NCBI GenBank assembly: GCA_046754085.1
Contig: JBHHVE010000013.1
Location: 1,190 to 65,189, forward strand
Direction: 5' to 3'
Source: Leptospirillia bacterium
GTDB taxonomy: Bacteria > Nitrospirota > JACRHL01
Length of the DNA stretch: 64,000 nt
A model generated the notes under the pieces. It saw only the letters and a program-made list of their open reading frames with translations, had not been told where the DNA came from and did no database searches. Below, piece after piece: positions 38,344 to 49,325 of the stretch. Position numbers and translations under genes: made by a program. Position 1 is the stretch's first letter. Every line of letters starts with the position of its first letter.

Positions 38344-39030
38344 CTATGCGATGGCTTTGTGCATATCGGCCACCACCGGGCCGTAGTCCGGCTGGCCGAA
38401 GATGGCGGAACCCGCCACGAATACGTCGGCCCCCGCCTCGGCCACGTCGGCGATGTTGTCGACCTTGATGCCGCCATCCACCTCCAGGTAGAGGGACAGA
38501 CCGCGCTCGTCGGCCATTTTCCGCACCTGGCGAACCTTCTCCAGGGCACCCGGAATGAAGCGCTGACCGCCGAAACCGGGATTGACGCTCATCACCAGCA
38601 CCATGTCACAGTCCGGCAGGATATCCGTCAGGGTGCCGACCGGCGTTGCCGGGTTGATCGATACCCCGGACATCACCACCCGGCCGGCGCGCGCACCCTC
38701 CTCGCGGATGAGTTGCAAGGTGCGGTGCAGGTGGGGACAGGCCTCCTGGTGCACGGTGATGCAATCCGCACCGGCGTCCACAAACTCCGGTATGTACTTG
38801 TCCGGGTCGGTGATCATGAGGTGGCAGTCCAGAGGCAGGTCGGTAACCTTGCGCAGCCACTCCACCACCACCGGGCCAATGGTGAGGTTCGGCACGAAAT
38901 GGCCGTCCATCACGTCCACGTGGATCACATCGGCGCCCGCCGCCTCAACTTTCGCCACTTCGTCCGCAAGGCGGGCGAAGTCGGCGGCCAGAATCGACGG
39001 TGCAATCAGCTTATGGTCTTTGGTAAACAC
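38344..39030 (-). CDS. rpe: Ribulose-phosphate 3-epimerase
   Basis: IAPSILAADF, HVDVMDGHFVPN, MSVNPGFGGQ, VDGG. Confidence 0.97.
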   Translation of the reverse strand: MFTKDHKLIAPSILAADFARLADEVAKVEAAGADVIHVDVMDGHFVPNLTIGPVVVEWLRKVTDLPLDCHLMITDPDKYIPEFVDAGADCITVHQEACPHLHRTLQLIREEGARAGRVVMSGVSINPATPVGTLTDILPDCDMVLVMSVNPGFGGQRFIPGALEKVRQVRKMADERGLSLYLEVDGGIKVDNIADVAEAGADVFVAGSAIFGQPDYGPVVADMHKAIA

Positions 39031-39061
39031 GATTCACTCAAAAAAGGAAGGCGGCATTCTA

Positions 39062-40465
39062 TCACGACTGCCGAACCAGTTGGACAGCGAAGAAGCCGTC
39101 CAGCCCTCCATCGGACTCCACCGGACTGCCGTTGGTGTCCAGTTCACCCCCGCCCCCGGTCCAGCGGGCCACCGCAGGGCCCAGCACCTGATCGGCCGGA
39201 CAGGGTTCAAACTCCGGATGCTTCGCACGGAAAGCGGCCACCTGACCCGAGGTCTCCTCCGGCTCGCCGGTGCAGACCGAATACACCAGATAGCCGCCGG
39301 GGCGAACCACCCCCGCCGCCCACGCCAGCAGGGCCGCCTGCTGTCCGGCGGAGTTCGCAATCAGCGACTCGGCCTTCCACCATTTGCCCTCCGGGTGGCG
39401 GTTCAGCACACCCAAACCGGAGCAGGGGGCATCCACCAGCACCCGGTCGAACAGCGCCCCCAGGGTCGCCGAATCGAGGCGGGTGGCATCTGCCACCACC
39501 ACCTCCACGTTACTCCGGCCAAGCCTTTTTAAATTCTCACGCAGACGCCCGGCACGTTCCGGATCGGCCTCCACCGCCACCACCTGGCCGTGATCGCCCA
39601 CCCCGCGGGCCAGTTGACCGGTCTTGCCGCCGGGGGCCGCGCACAGATCCAATACCCGCTCACCAGGGGATGCACCGGTGAGCGCTCCCACCAACTGGCT
39701 GGCCTCGTCCTGCACGTAAATCAGGCCGTCTTCATAGCCGGGCAGTTCCGGCACCCGCACCCCGCCGGCCAACCGCAGGCCGTCCGGTGAAATTAACGTC
39801 GGCGTCGATTCGATGCCCGTCTGCCGCAGCAGGTCGGCGTAGGCGGCGCGGCTGACGCGGTCGGTTTCCACCCGCAGGGTGAGGGTTGGCACCCGATTCG
39901 CCTGATGCGCCCGCAAGGCGGCGGCCTCGGGTCCGTAAGCTGTCAGCCAGCGTGCGGAAAGCCACGGCGGCAGGGCGTGTTCAAAACAAAATGCCGCCTG
40001 CGGATCGTCCGGTGTTTTCGTCCACTCCCCGGCCGCCACCTTGCGCAACACGGCGTTGACCACCCCCCGGCGGCGGGCGTTCCCCGCCAGCCCCACGGTG
40101 CTGTCCACCGCGGCACGGGCGGGCACACGGGTCAAAAATAGAAGCTGATACACCCCCAGCCGCAGCACCGTGCGGACCTGCCGGTCCAGATCCTTGAGCC
40201 GCCGCCCGGACACCTGCCGGATCACCCGGTCGAGCCGGTGCCGCCAGCGCGCCACGCCGAAAGTCAGTTCGGCGGCCAGACGGCGGTCGCGGGGATCCCA
40301 CAAGCCCTTGGAAAAGGCCGCGTCCAGTTCGGATTGAAGGTCGATGGCACCCCGGTCGAGGCGGTACAGGATGGACCGCGCCGTCTCCCTAGGGTTCGGT
40401 GCGGCGGGGCACCCGGATCGTTGCGCGGCGCCGCTATCCCCCGACGGACCGGAAGCCTCGTTCAT
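39062..40465 (-). CDS. rsmB: 16S rRNA m5C967 methyltransferase RsmB/Sun
   Basis: NusB-like N-terminus, QDEASQ, DLCAAPGGK, DAPCSGLG, YSVCT. Confidence 0.93.
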   Translation of the reverse strand: MNEASGPSGDSGAAQRSGCPAAPNPRETARSILYRLDRGAIDLQSELDAAFSKGLWDPRDRRLAAELTFGVARWRHRLDRVIRQVSGRRLKDLDRQVRTVLRLGVYQLLFLTRVPARAAVDSTVGLAGNARRRGVVNAVLRKVAAGEWTKTPDDPQAAFCFEHALPPWLSARWLTAYGPEAAALRAHQANRVPTLTLRVETDRVSRAAYADLLRQTGIESTPTLISPDGLRLAGGVRVPELPGYEDGLIYVQDEASQLVGALTGASPGERVLDLCAAPGGKTGQLARGVGDHGQVVAVEADPERAGRLRENLKRLGRSNVEVVVADATRLDSATLGALFDRVLVDAPCSGLGVLNRHPEGKWWKAESLIANSAGQQAALLAWAAGVVRPGGYLVYSVCTGEPEETSGQVAAFRAKHPEFEPCPADQVLGPAVARWTGGGGELDTNGSPVESDGGLDGFFAVQLVRQS

Positions 40466-40471
40466 GGGGCG

Positions 40472-41320
40472 TCAGGCCCCGGTATCGATCGCCATCTGTT
40501 CCAGACGGCGCACGCGCTCGTCCATAGGCGGATGGGTGGAAAACAGGGACTTTAAACCGCCGCCCCGGAGCGGGTTCACGATATACATGTGGGCGGTGCT
40601 CGGGTTTACCTCCATGGGCCGCGCCGCCGCTCCTTGCTCCAGCTTGCGGAGGGCGCGCGCCAGCCACATGGGATTACCGCAGATTTCCGCACCCCGGGCA
40701 TCGGCACCGTACTCCCGGGAGCGGGAGATGGCCATCTGCACCAGCATGGCCGCAATCGGCGCAATGATCATCATGGCGATGGCCGCCAGCGGATTGTGGT
40801 TGTCGTTGTCCCGGCCGCCGCCGAAGATCATGGCGAACTGGGCCATCTGCGCCAGCATCGAAATGGCCCCGGCGATGGTGGCGGCAATGGTGCCGATCAG
40901 AATGTCCCGGTTGCCGACGTGGGCCAGCTCATGGGCCATCACCCCGGCCAGCTCCTCCCGGTTCAGGATCGACATGATGCCGGTGGTGGCGGCCACTGCG
41001 GCGTGCTCCGGGTTTCTGCCGGTGGCAAACGCGTTCGGCGACGGATCGTCCATGATATAGACCTTGGGCATGGGTAGCCGGGCGCGGGTGGAAAGCTCCC
41101 GCACAATGCTGTACAGCTCCGGCGCCTGGGCCTCCGACACCTCCCGGGCGCGGCTCATTTTGAGGATGAGCTTGTCGGAATACCAGTAGGCGCCGATGTT
41201 CATCACCCCGGCAAAAATCAGGGCGATCATCATGCCGCTCTCACCGGCCATGGCGCCGCCGCCGTAAACCAGAATCAGGGTCAGGGCGGTCAGCAAAAAC
41301 GCGGTCTTCATTGCATTCAT
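40472..41320 (-). CDS. htpX: Zinc metalloprotease HtpX
   Basis: [28 protein letters not shown]. Confidence 0.96.
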   Translation of the reverse strand: MNAMKTAFLLTALTLILVYGGGAMAGESGMMIALIFAGVMNIGAYWYSDKLILKMSRAREVSEAQAPELYSIVRELSTRARLPMPKVYIMDDPSPNAFATGRNPEHAAVAATTGIMSILNREELAGVMAHELAHVGNRDILIGTIAATIAGAISMLAQMAQFAMIFGGGRDNDNHNPLAAIAMMIIAPIAAMLVQMAISRSREYGADARGAEICGNPMWLARALRKLEQGAAARPMEVNPSTAHMYIVNPLRGGGLKSLFSTHPPMDERVRRLEQMAIDTGA

Positions 41321-41413
41321 CGGTCGTTTGTCTCTCCGTATGCGTCACGTGCACAAAAGTGGGGAGGCGTCATCGCCACTCCCACCGATCCGGGGCATGT
41401 GCCCCAAAAAATG

Positions 41414-42346
41414 TCAGGCCCCGAGCACAATGCCGGGCTCCACCGGGTGACCATTTAAAAAGTCCCGCACCGGCATGGCGCGCTTACCCGGCGTTTGCAG
41501 GGCCAGGATGCGAATAGTGCCGTCTCCGGTGGCCACCAGAATCGAATCACCGTCCACCCGCAGCACCCGTCCGGGGGGTTCCTCCAGGGCCGGGCTTTCG
41601 CCGATGCGGGCGCGGGTCACTTTCCACGGCTCCCCCGCATAATCCGTGTGACTGCCGGGCCACGGCGAAAAAGCGCGGATGCGATTGTGAACGTCCCGCG
41701 CCGGACGCGACCAGTCGATACGACCGTCCCCCTTCTTCATCAGCGGCGCCATGGTGGCCCTGCTGTCGTCCTGGGGAGTGGGAGTCATCCCTTCCGCCAC
41801 TTTTTCCAGCGTCTCCAGAATAATTGGCCCCGCCATGGCCGATAGCCGCTCCGTCAGCTCTTCCGCATCCTCATCCGGCCCGATGGAGGTGGTATGGGTG
41901 AGGTAAACCGCCCCGGTGTCCATGCCCGCATCCATCTGCATGGTGGTCAGGCCGGTCTCGGTGTCACCGTTCGCGATCGCCCAGTTGATGGGCGCCGCCC
42001 CCCGGTACGCGGGAAGAATGCTGGCATGGATGTTTATGCAGCCGAATTTCGGGATGTCAAGTAGCGCCTGAGGCAGAATCTGGCCAAATGCGATGACCAC
42101 CGCCACCTCCGGGTCGAGCGCCTGAAGTTTCCCGATAAAATCCGCATCCCGAACCTTTTCAGGCTGCAGAACCGGAATGCCGCGGGCGCCGGCCGCCGCC
42201 TTGACCGGGGTGGCAATCACCTTGCCGCCGCGCCCCTTGGGACGGTCCGGCTGGGTCACCACTGCGATCACTGTATGGTCACTCTCCACCAGGGCTTCAA
42301 GTGCCGGAACCGCCATCCGAGGGGTGCCCATGAACACGACGCGCAT
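41414..42346 (-). CDS. fmt: Methionyl-tRNA formyltransferase
   Basis: FMGTP, TQPDRPKGRG, NIHASILPAYRGAAPI, MDAGMDTG. Confidence 0.97.
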   Translation of the reverse strand: MRVVFMGTPRMAVPALEALVESDHTVIAVVTQPDRPKGRGGKVIATPVKAAAGARGIPVLQPEKVRDADFIGKLQALDPEVAVVIAFGQILPQALLDIPKFGCINIHASILPAYRGAAPINWAIANGDTETGLTTMQMDAGMDTGAVYLTHTTSIGPDEDAEELTERLSAMAGPIILETLEKVAEGMTPTPQDDSRATMAPLMKKGDGRIDWSRPARDVHNRIRAFSPWPGSHTDYAGEPWKVTRARIGESPALEEPPGRVLRVDGDSILVATGDGTIRILALQTPGKRAMPVRDFLNGHPVEPGIVLGA

Positions 42347-42392
42347 GAAATAATGTCTCTCCGGCTGGCTTTGGGGCTTACAAAAAACCGCC

Positions 42393-42914
42393 TCAGGCGA
42401 TCGAACCTGAATTCCCCGCCAGGGCTTTTTTGATGCGGCGCTTATAGATGCCGCGCTTCAAGGCGCTGATGTGGTCGATAAACAGCACCCCGTTCAGGTG
42501 GTCGTTTTCGTGCTGCAATACGCGGGCATGCAGCCCCGACACGTCCAGCTCGAACAGCTCGCCATCGCGGTCCTGCGCCTTCATGATCACCCGCGCGGCG
42601 CGTTTGACGTCCGCAGTAAAATCCGGCACCGACAGGCAGCCCTCGGAGTCGGACTCCTCCCCCTCCATGAGCACGAACTCGGGGTTGCAGGCCACCGCCA
42701 CTTTTTTGTAATCGCGACTGACCTCCAGATCGTAGACGAACAGCCGAAGCCCCACCCCGATCTGGGGAGCGGCCAAGCCTATTCCCGGCTCGTCCCACAT
42801 GGTTTCGGACATGTCACGGATCAGTTCATCCAGACACGGGCCGAACCCGGTGACCGGTTCGGCCACCTGACGCAGGAACGGGTCGGGGTAGGTCAGTACG
42901 GTACGAATCGTCAT
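42393..42914 (-). CDS. def: Peptide deformylase
   Basis: GIGLAAPQIG, EGCLS, QHENDHLNG; start ATG 42914. Confidence 0.96.
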   Translation of the reverse strand: MTIRTVLTYPDPFLRQVAEPVTGFGPCLDELIRDMSETMWDEPGIGLAAPQIGVGLRLFVYDLEVSRDYKKVAVACNPEFVLMEGEESDSEGCLSVPDFTADVKRAARVIMKAQDRDGELFELDVSGLHARVLQHENDHLNGVLFIDHISALKRGIYKRRIKKALAGNSGSIA

Positions 42915-43050
42915 TTTATTATTATCATCCAATCTCACCTCCGGGTGCACCCTCCGGGGAACGGCGAAGCCTTTGAAGGCTGTGTTAAGGTAGCGTTTAC
43001 GCGGTTCACACAGGCCTTCCACCCTCGTTTCAGGCTCGGCTTCAGGCGTC

Positions 43051-44718
43051 ATGACAAACAGGCAGTTCCTCAAACAGATTGGCGAGCGCTTCGCCCACCG
43101 GCCCATCCACCTTTTGATCGTACTGGACGGTTTCGGCCTCGGCACCCATGCGGAATGGGATGCCATCAAGGCCGCCCGCACCCCCACCCTGGCGCGGTTG
43201 TTCGGCGCCTTCCCCTGGACCCGGCTTGCCACCCACGGGCCGTTTGTCGGCCTGCCCGCCGAAAAAGATCTGGGCGGCTCCGAGGTGGGCCACCTGACCA
43301 TGGGGGCGGGGGAAATCCTCGATCAGGGTCCAACCCGTATCAACAACGCCATTGACGACGGCTCGTTTTTCCGCTCGAAAGCCCTGGGCAAAGCGCTTCA
43401 ACAGGCGACCTCCGGGGGTGCGCTGCATCTATTGGGACTCCTGTCCGACGGTAACATCCACTCCCACATCGACCACATGGCCGCCATCGCCCGCCACGCC
43501 CATAAAAGCGGGGTGGAACGCCTCTACCTGCACGCCCTGCTGGACGGTCGCGACGTGGGTATCCAAAGCGCCCTCGACTACACCGAGCAGGTGGAGGCCT
43601 TGTTCCACGAAATCAACGCCCACGGCGGGCGGGACTACGCCATTGCCTCCGGCGGCGGACGCGAGGCCGTCACCATGGACCGGGACCACAACTGGGACCG
43701 CATGAAGCTGGGGTGGGATGCCCACGTCCACGGCCGCGCCGAACGCCACTTCGGCAACATCAGGGAGGCCATCGAGACCCTGCGCACCGAGAACAAGGGC
43801 ATCGTGGATCAGGATCTGCCGCCGTTCGTGATCGTTCGAAACGGAAAACCGGTGGCCCCCATCGTCGACGGTGACGCGGTCATCAACTTCAACTTCCGCG
43901 GCGACCGGGCGATTCAAATCTCCCAGGCCTTCACCCTGGACGACAACGAATTCGATGGATTCGACCGGGGTAACCGCCCCGACGTCTGCTACGTCGGCAT
44001 GATGGTCTACGACGAGGACACAAATCTGCCCGAACACCAGATCATGGGACCCACCAAGGTGGAGATGCCGTTCGGGCGACGCATTCTGGAAGCGGGGCTT
44101 ACCCAGTTCCGCCTGGCGGAGACCCAGAAGTTCGCCCACGTCACCTTCTTCTTCAACGGCGGTTATCGCAACCCGCTGGACCCGGCCAAGGAGGATTACC
44201 TCCTCATCCCGTCGGACAAAGACATTTCCTTTGACATGGCCCCCCAAATGAAGGCTCCGGAAATCGCCGAAAAGGCGTGCCGGTTGATCCACGGCGGCGC
44301 ACACCGCTTCGGCCTGATCAACTTCGCCAATACGGACATGGTGGGCCACACCGGCAACTTTCAGGCGGCGGTGGCCGCCGCCGAGGCGGTGGATGCCGCC
44401 CTCGCCCGCATCATCGAAGCGCTGACGGCGGTCGGCGGCACCGCCCTGATCACCGCCGACCACGGCAATGCCGACGAGATGTGCGTGAAGAACAAAAGTG
44501 GCGAGGTGGAGCCGAGTACCAAGCACTCCCTCAACCTGGTGCCCGCCATCCTGTTCGACCCGGGTTACGATGGCGGTTTCAAACTGCGGCAGCCGGGAAT
44601 GGGCGAAGGCTTTTCCAATACACCAGGTCTGTCCCATGTGGCCGCCACCAACTTCCTGATGCTCGGATGGGAGGTGCCGGACGGCTTGCAGCCGCCGCTG
44701 ATCATCCCGCCGGGTTAA
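43051..44718 (+). CDS. gpmI: 2,3-bisphosphoglycerate-independent phosphoglycerate mutase
   Basis: LDGFG, SEVGH, LSDGNIHSH, LDGRD, FNFRGDR, AETQKFAHVTFFFNG, DMVGHTG, ADHGNAD. Confidence 0.95.
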   Translation: MTNRQFLKQIGERFAHRPIHLLIVLDGFGLGTHAEWDAIKAARTPTLARLFGAFPWTRLATHGPFVGLPAEKDLGGSEVGHLTMGAGEILDQGPTRINNAIDDGSFFRSKALGKALQQATSGGALHLLGLLSDGNIHSHIDHMAAIARHAHKSGVERLYLHALLDGRDVGIQSALDYTEQVEALFHEINAHGGRDYAIASGGGREAVTMDRDHNWDRMKLGWDAHVHGRAERHFGNIREAIETLRTENKGIVDQDLPPFVIVRNGKPVAPIVDGDAVINFNFRGDRAIQISQAFTLDDNEFDGFDRGNRPDVCYVGMMVYDEDTNLPEHQIMGPTKVEMPFGRRILEAGLTQFRLAETQKFAHVTFFFNGGYRNPLDPAKEDYLLIPSDKDISFDMAPQMKAPEIAEKACRLIHGGAHRFGLINFANTDMVGHTGNFQAAVAAAEAVDAALARIIEALTAVGGTALITADHGNADEMCVKNKSGEVEPSTKHSLNLVPAILFDPGYDGGFKLRQPGMGEGFSNTPGLSHVAATNFLMLGWEVPDGLQPPLIIPPG

Positions 44719-44786
44719 TTTAACATGCTGATAAAAAAGCGTTTATCTGAACAGTCGGTTTCGACACCCATACAGATACGGACCCC

Positions 44787-45215
44787 ATGCCCATTCCCGC
44801 ACCCGACCTGACCCGAACCTTTCCCCGCAGCCCCAGTGAGCGTCTGGGCGGCCTCGCCCATCTGCCGCGCATGATCGACAAGGCCCGCGCCGACCGGGCC
44901 GGGGCGCTGGGGGAGTATTCCTACCCGTGCCCCATGGACCGGCGCGCCCTCGACTTTCTCGGACTCGACGCCGGGCAGTTTCAGGAAACCGCTGTCACAC
45001 ACGACGATGCCGCCCTGCTGGAATGGCTGGAAAGCCATGCCGTACCCCGCTCCAAGCCGGAGAAAGATGCATTTTCGGCGGAAATCCTGGCCCTCGCGCC
45101 GGACACCCCGGAGAAGCTGGCGCATTTCAAGGAGGCGCTGGAAGCGGCTGCGCCGGGCCGCACCGACATCACCACCTGGGCCCAACTCATCGACGCCGAC
45201 GAAGGCCGGATTTAA
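44787..45215 (+). CDS. DUF5069 family protein
   Basis: PDLTRTFPRSP..LGGLAHLPRMIDKARA..LGEYSYPCPMD..LIDADEGR. Confidence 0.75.
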   Translation: MPIPAPDLTRTFPRSPSERLGGLAHLPRMIDKARADRAGALGEYSYPCPMDRRALDFLGLDAGQFQETAVTHDDAALLEWLESHAVPRSKPEKDAFSAEILALAPDTPEKLAHFKEALEAAAPGRTDITTWAQLIDADEGRI

Positions 45216-45236
45216 AAAAAACGGCGGGACAGGTGG

Positions 45237-46196
45237 TTAATCCGAATCCCGGGACAGGGCTTTCACCACCTGCGCCGCCACATCGGAACTGAGTAAAAGC
45301 GCCGTATGGCCCAGCCCGTCCAGGGCGACGTTTTCGACCCCGTTGGTCTCCAGCCGGGACGACACGGCGGGCAGCACGATCTGATCCAGGGTCGAATAGA
45401 TCGATGTCACCCGGGTGCTGCCGGGAAACGCCGGGTGCCCCACGGTTTCCCGCAAAAACTCGCTGCCCGGCCGCATTTGCGGCAGCGAGTCCCCCACCGA
45501 CATGGCCCACAGGCGGGTGCCGTGAAACGGCGTGCCGATCGTCACCAGCCGCGCCACCCGGCCCGGATGCGCCCCCACGTAACGGGCGGCGATCAACCCG
45601 CCCTGACTGTGGGCCACCAGGTCCACCTGTCCGTCTGTGCCGGCCACGCGCTCCACCAGTTCATCAAGCTGCCCGGCAAAGCCGTCCAGCCCCCCCAGCA
45701 TGGGAAAATAATCCAGGAAATAGAGATGGTTAAAGCCCGCCTGCCGCAGCCGCCACCATACGTGGCCAAGGCTCCACGGGGTCATGAAGAAGCCGTGGAT
45801 CAGAATCACCGGACGCCCCGACGCCGGAGGGGGAATCCGGGCGGCGGCACGGCCCCGCAGCACAAAGCGCGCCGGGGCCTCCCCCAGCCACACCCCATAC
45901 ACCACGGCGGCGGACACACACTCAAACAGCCATGTGGGCACAAACCGCACAAGCCGGGCAAGCACCGCCCCCGGCGCGGTATCGGCGGCAAAATCCGCCT
46001 CCCCCGTCACCTCATACCAGCGAAACAGGAAGAGAAGCCCCTTAAAAAAGGCCAGCGCGAGTACCAGATAAAGGATCAGATTGAAGATGGCCCGTCTCCC
46101 ATGTCGCCCCCTTGTTTCGCCGCCCCCCTTGCCGCCTTTTTCCCACCGGCAGCATGGGCCGGATGGACCAGTCCCCGCAAGGGTGAACAGGGACAC
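45237..46196 (-). CDS. Membrane-anchored alpha/beta hydrolase (lipase/esterase); true start probably near 46088
   Basis: PVILIHGF, DLVAHSQGG, GTPFHGT, D..V, GLGHTALL. Confidence 0.8.
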   Translation of the reverse strand: MSLFTLAGTGPSGPCCRWEKGGKGGGETRGRHGRRAIFNLILYLVLALAFFKGLLFLFRWYEVTGEADFAADTAPGAVLARLVRFVPTWLFECVSAAVVYGVWLGEAPARFVLRGRAAARIPPPASGRPVILIHGFFMTPWSLGHVWWRLRQAGFNHLYFLDYFPMLGGLDGFAGQLDELVERVAGTDGQVDLVAHSQGGLIAARYVGAHPGRVARLVTIGTPFHGTRLWAMSVGDSLPQMRPGSEFLRETVGHPAFPGSTRVTSIYSTLDQIVLPAVSSRLETNGVENVALDGLGHTALLLSSDVAAQVVKALSRDSD

Positions 46197-46201
46197 CCCC
46201 C

Positions 46202-46231
46202 TTGACGGGAGAGGCGCCCGGACCCTAGAGT
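46202..46231 (+). promoter_or_regulatory. Putative sigma70 promoter of glyQS
   Basis: TTGACG-N18-TAGAGT about 40 nt before the glyQ start. Confidence 0.45.
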
Positions 46232-46271
46232 TTGCCGTTTCCCGTCGCCCACTCAGCGTAAGGTTTTCGAA

Positions 46272-47180
46272 TTGGCTTCCGCCCCGTTAAATTTCCAGGA
46301 ACTGGTGCTCGCCCTGTCCACGTTCTGGGCCAGAGAGGGGTGCGTACTGGCTCAGCCCTACGATCTCGAGACCGGCGCCGGCACCTTCAACCCGGCCACC
46401 TTCCTGCGCGCCCTTGGGCCGGAACCATGGAACGTCGCCTATGTGGAGCCGTCCCGCCGCCCCACCGACGGCCGCTACGGCGAAAACCCCAACCGCCTGC
46501 AACACTATTTCCAGTTCCAGGTGATCATGAAGCCGTCTCCGGACGATATTCAAGAGCGCTACCTGAGATCGCTGAAAGAGTTCGGCATCAACGCCGCGGA
46601 CCACGACATCCGCTTCATCAAGGACGACTGGGAATCCCCCTCTCTGGGCGCCTGGGGCCTGGGCTGGGAGGTGAGACTCGACGGCATGGAGATCACCCAG
46701 TTCACCTATTTTCAGGAGGTCGGCGGCATCCCCCTCAATCCGACCCCGGTGGAGATTACCTACGGCATCGAGCGTATCGCCATGTATATCCAGGGGGTGG
46801 AAAACGTCTACGACCTGGACTACAACGGCACCCTCAACTACGGCGACATCTACCACGAGAACGAGGTGCAGTTCTCCCGCTACAACTTCGAGGCGGCCCA
46901 CGTGCCCGACCTGTTCAAACAGTTCGCCATGGCGGAGGAAGAGTGCAAACGGCTGATCGGAATGGAGCTGCCCCTGCCCGCCTACGACCACTGCGTCAAG
47001 GCCAGCCACCTGTTCAACCTGCTGGATGCGAGAAACGCCATTTCGGTCACCGAACGCACCGGCTACATCGGCCGGGTGCGGGGCCTTGCCCGAGGTTGCG
47101 CCAAGGGTTTTCTGGAAAACCGCGAGGCCAAGGGCTTTCCCCTGCTCAAGGGCCATGAGGGCCACGAGGTGGCGTCTTGA
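46272..47180 (+). CDS. glyQ: Glycine-tRNA ligase alpha subunit
   Basis: [39 protein letters not shown]. Confidence 0.98.
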   Translation: MASAPLNFQELVLALSTFWAREGCVLAQPYDLETGAGTFNPATFLRALGPEPWNVAYVEPSRRPTDGRYGENPNRLQHYFQFQVIMKPSPDDIQERYLRSLKEFGINAADHDIRFIKDDWESPSLGAWGLGWEVRLDGMEITQFTYFQEVGGIPLNPTPVEITYGIERIAMYIQGVENVYDLDYNGTLNYGDIYHENEVQFSRYNFEAAHVPDLFKQFAMAEEECKRLIGMELPLPAYDHCVKASHLFNLLDARNAISVTERTGYIGRVRGLARGCAKGFLENREAKGFPLLKGHEGHEVAS

Positions 47181-49267
47181 GCAAAACCTCTGATCTGGTT
47201 CTCGAAATCGGCTGCGAGGAGATCCCTCACGATTTGCTGGCGGGGGGAATTGCGGCCCTGAGCGAGGCGCTTTCGGGTGCCCTGAATAAAAACCTGCTGA
47301 GCCCCGAATCCGTTGACTGTTACGGCACCCCCCGGCGTCTGGTCGCCATCGTGCGCAGCATCCCGGCGGTGCAGCCGAAGGTGGAGGAGACCGTCACCGG
47401 CCCGCCGGAAAAGGCGGGGCGGGACAGCGACGGAAACTGGACCAAGGCCGCTGAAGGTTTTGCTAAAAAACAAGGGGTTAACGCCGATGACCTGTTCATC
47501 GAGGAGACCGCAAAAGGCCCCTATCTGGCTCTGAAAAAGACCGTGGGCGGGGCACAGGCAACGGACATTCTGGCAGGGCTGTTGCCCGATGTGCTGTCAG
47601 GTATCCACTGGGCCAAGGCCATGCGCTGGGCCGATGGTCAGGGGCCGTTCGTGCGGCCGATCCGCTGGATCTGCGCCGTGCTGGGGGGTGAGGTGGTGCC
47701 GTTTACCTTTGCCGGGGTGAATTCCGGCAAAAATGTCCACGGCCACCGTTTCATGGCCCCGGAGGCGATCGCCGTCACCGGCCCCGACGACTACCTCACA
47801 AAAATCGAGGCCGCCAGGGTTTGTATCGACCCGGAAGCGAGAAAGGCCCGCATCCGCGAGCAACTTACCGGCATGCAAAGCCGGACGGGCGGCATGCTGG
47901 TGGACGACGAGGCGCTCATCACCGCCACCGCCCTCAAGACCGAGTGGCCGGTGGCGGTGCTGGGCCGCTTCGACAAAAAATACTTGGAAGTCCCCCGTCA
48001 GGTGCTCACCACCTCCATGCGGGAGCATCAGGACGATTTCGCCTTCGAGGACACCAGCGGCAATCTCGTACCCGCCTTCGTCAACTTCGCCGACAACGAA
48101 GCGGACGACCTCTCCCTGATCGCCGCCGGCAACGAGCGGGTGCTGCGCGCCCGCCTCGAAGACGCGAGGTTTTTCTTTACGGAAGACCAGAAAAAGCCCC
48201 TGGCGGATTTCGCCCCCATGCTGGAGTCGTTCCTGTTCCAGAAAGAACTGGGCAGCATGGCCGACAAGGTGACCCGCATCACCGCACTGGCGCGGGAACT
48301 GGCCCCCAGGCTGGGCGCCGACCCGGACGCCGCCGCCCGCGCCGCCGAGCTGTGCAAGCTCGATCTGGTCACCGGCATGGTCTATGAATTTGCGGATTTG
48401 CAGGGGGTGATGGGCGGCATCTACGCCAGAAAATCCGGTGAGCCGGAGGCGGTGGCCGCGGCCATCGAGGAACACTACCTGCCGGAGTCCGCCATGGGCG
48501 AGTTGCCCCGCACCCCGGCGGGGCGGGCTGTGGCCCTGGCGGACAAGCTGGACAGCATCTGCGGCATCGTTGGGGTGGGTCTGACCCCATCCGGCTCCCA
48601 GGATCCCTACGCCCTGCGCCGCGCCGGCGCTGGGGTGGTGCGGATGCTGGCAGAAACACAATCTCAGGTAGACCTTCGAGAGGTCGTTAAATATGCCTGT
48701 GAGCAACTTCAGGGCCTCACCAAAGAGGAACCAGGGGAAGTATTCAACGCAGTTTACACATGGCTCGGATTCCGCCTTGAGTACGCCCTGAGCCAGCAAG
48801 GCCTTCGCAATGATGTGGTAGTAGCAATTCTTAGTACAGGTGGTGCAGCTTATCGCGATCCGCACGATGCGGCAGAACGTGCCCGCGCCCTCAACGCCCT
48901 CACCAACGAACCCGGCTTCGACGACCTCATGACCGGCTGTAAGCGCATCGTCAAGATCGTCCCGGGCGGCTTCACCCCGGACCCGGTAAACCCGGACGCC
49001 TTCACCGAACCGGCCGAGCGGGAACTGTGGAACGCCTTCGAAAAGGCCCGGGGCACCATCCGCGACGCCTCCCTGCCCGCCGCCGAGCGGCTGGCGGCGC
49101 TCGCCGCCCTGCGCCCGCAGATCGACCGCTACTTCGACGACGTCATGGTCATGGATGAGGACGCGGCCGTGCGCCAGCGCCGCCTTTCCATGGTGGCGGA
49201 AATCGGGAAGTCCTTCAGTGGCTTCGCCGACTTCTCCCAAGTGGTGGTGGCGGGCGACACGCCCTAG
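47177..49267 (+). CDS. glyS: Glycine-tRNA ligase beta subunit
   Basis: [44 protein letters not shown]. Confidence 0.97.
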   Translation: MSKTSDLVLEIGCEEIPHDLLAGGIAALSEALSGALNKNLLSPESVDCYGTPRRLVAIVRSIPAVQPKVEETVTGPPEKAGRDSDGNWTKAAEGFAKKQGVNADDLFIEETAKGPYLALKKTVGGAQATDILAGLLPDVLSGIHWAKAMRWADGQGPFVRPIRWICAVLGGEVVPFTFAGVNSGKNVHGHRFMAPEAIAVTGPDDYLTKIEAARVCIDPEARKARIREQLTGMQSRTGGMLVDDEALITATALKTEWPVAVLGRFDKKYLEVPRQVLTTSMREHQDDFAFEDTSGNLVPAFVNFADNEADDLSLIAAGNERVLRARLEDARFFFTEDQKKPLADFAPMLESFLFQKELGSMADKVTRITALARELAPRLGADPDAAARAAELCKLDLVTGMVYEFADLQGVMGGIYARKSGEPEAVAAAIEEHYLPESAMGELPRTPAGRAVALADKLDSICGIVGVGLTPSGSQDPYALRRAGAGVVRMLAETQSQVDLREVVKYACEQLQGLTKEEPGEVFNAVYTWLGFRLEYALSQQGLRNDVVVAILSTGGAAYRDPHDAAERARALNALTNEPGFDDLMTGCKRIVKIVPGGFTPDPVNPDAFTEPAERELWNAFEKARGTIRDASLPAAERLAALAALRPQIDRYFDDVMVMDEDAAVRQRRLSMVAEIGKSFSGFADFSQVVVAGDTP

Positions 49268-49325
49268 GCGGGACCTAGCCCGAATCTCGGGTTACACTTG
49301 ATGTTCCCTAAGCGGAACGACTGAT

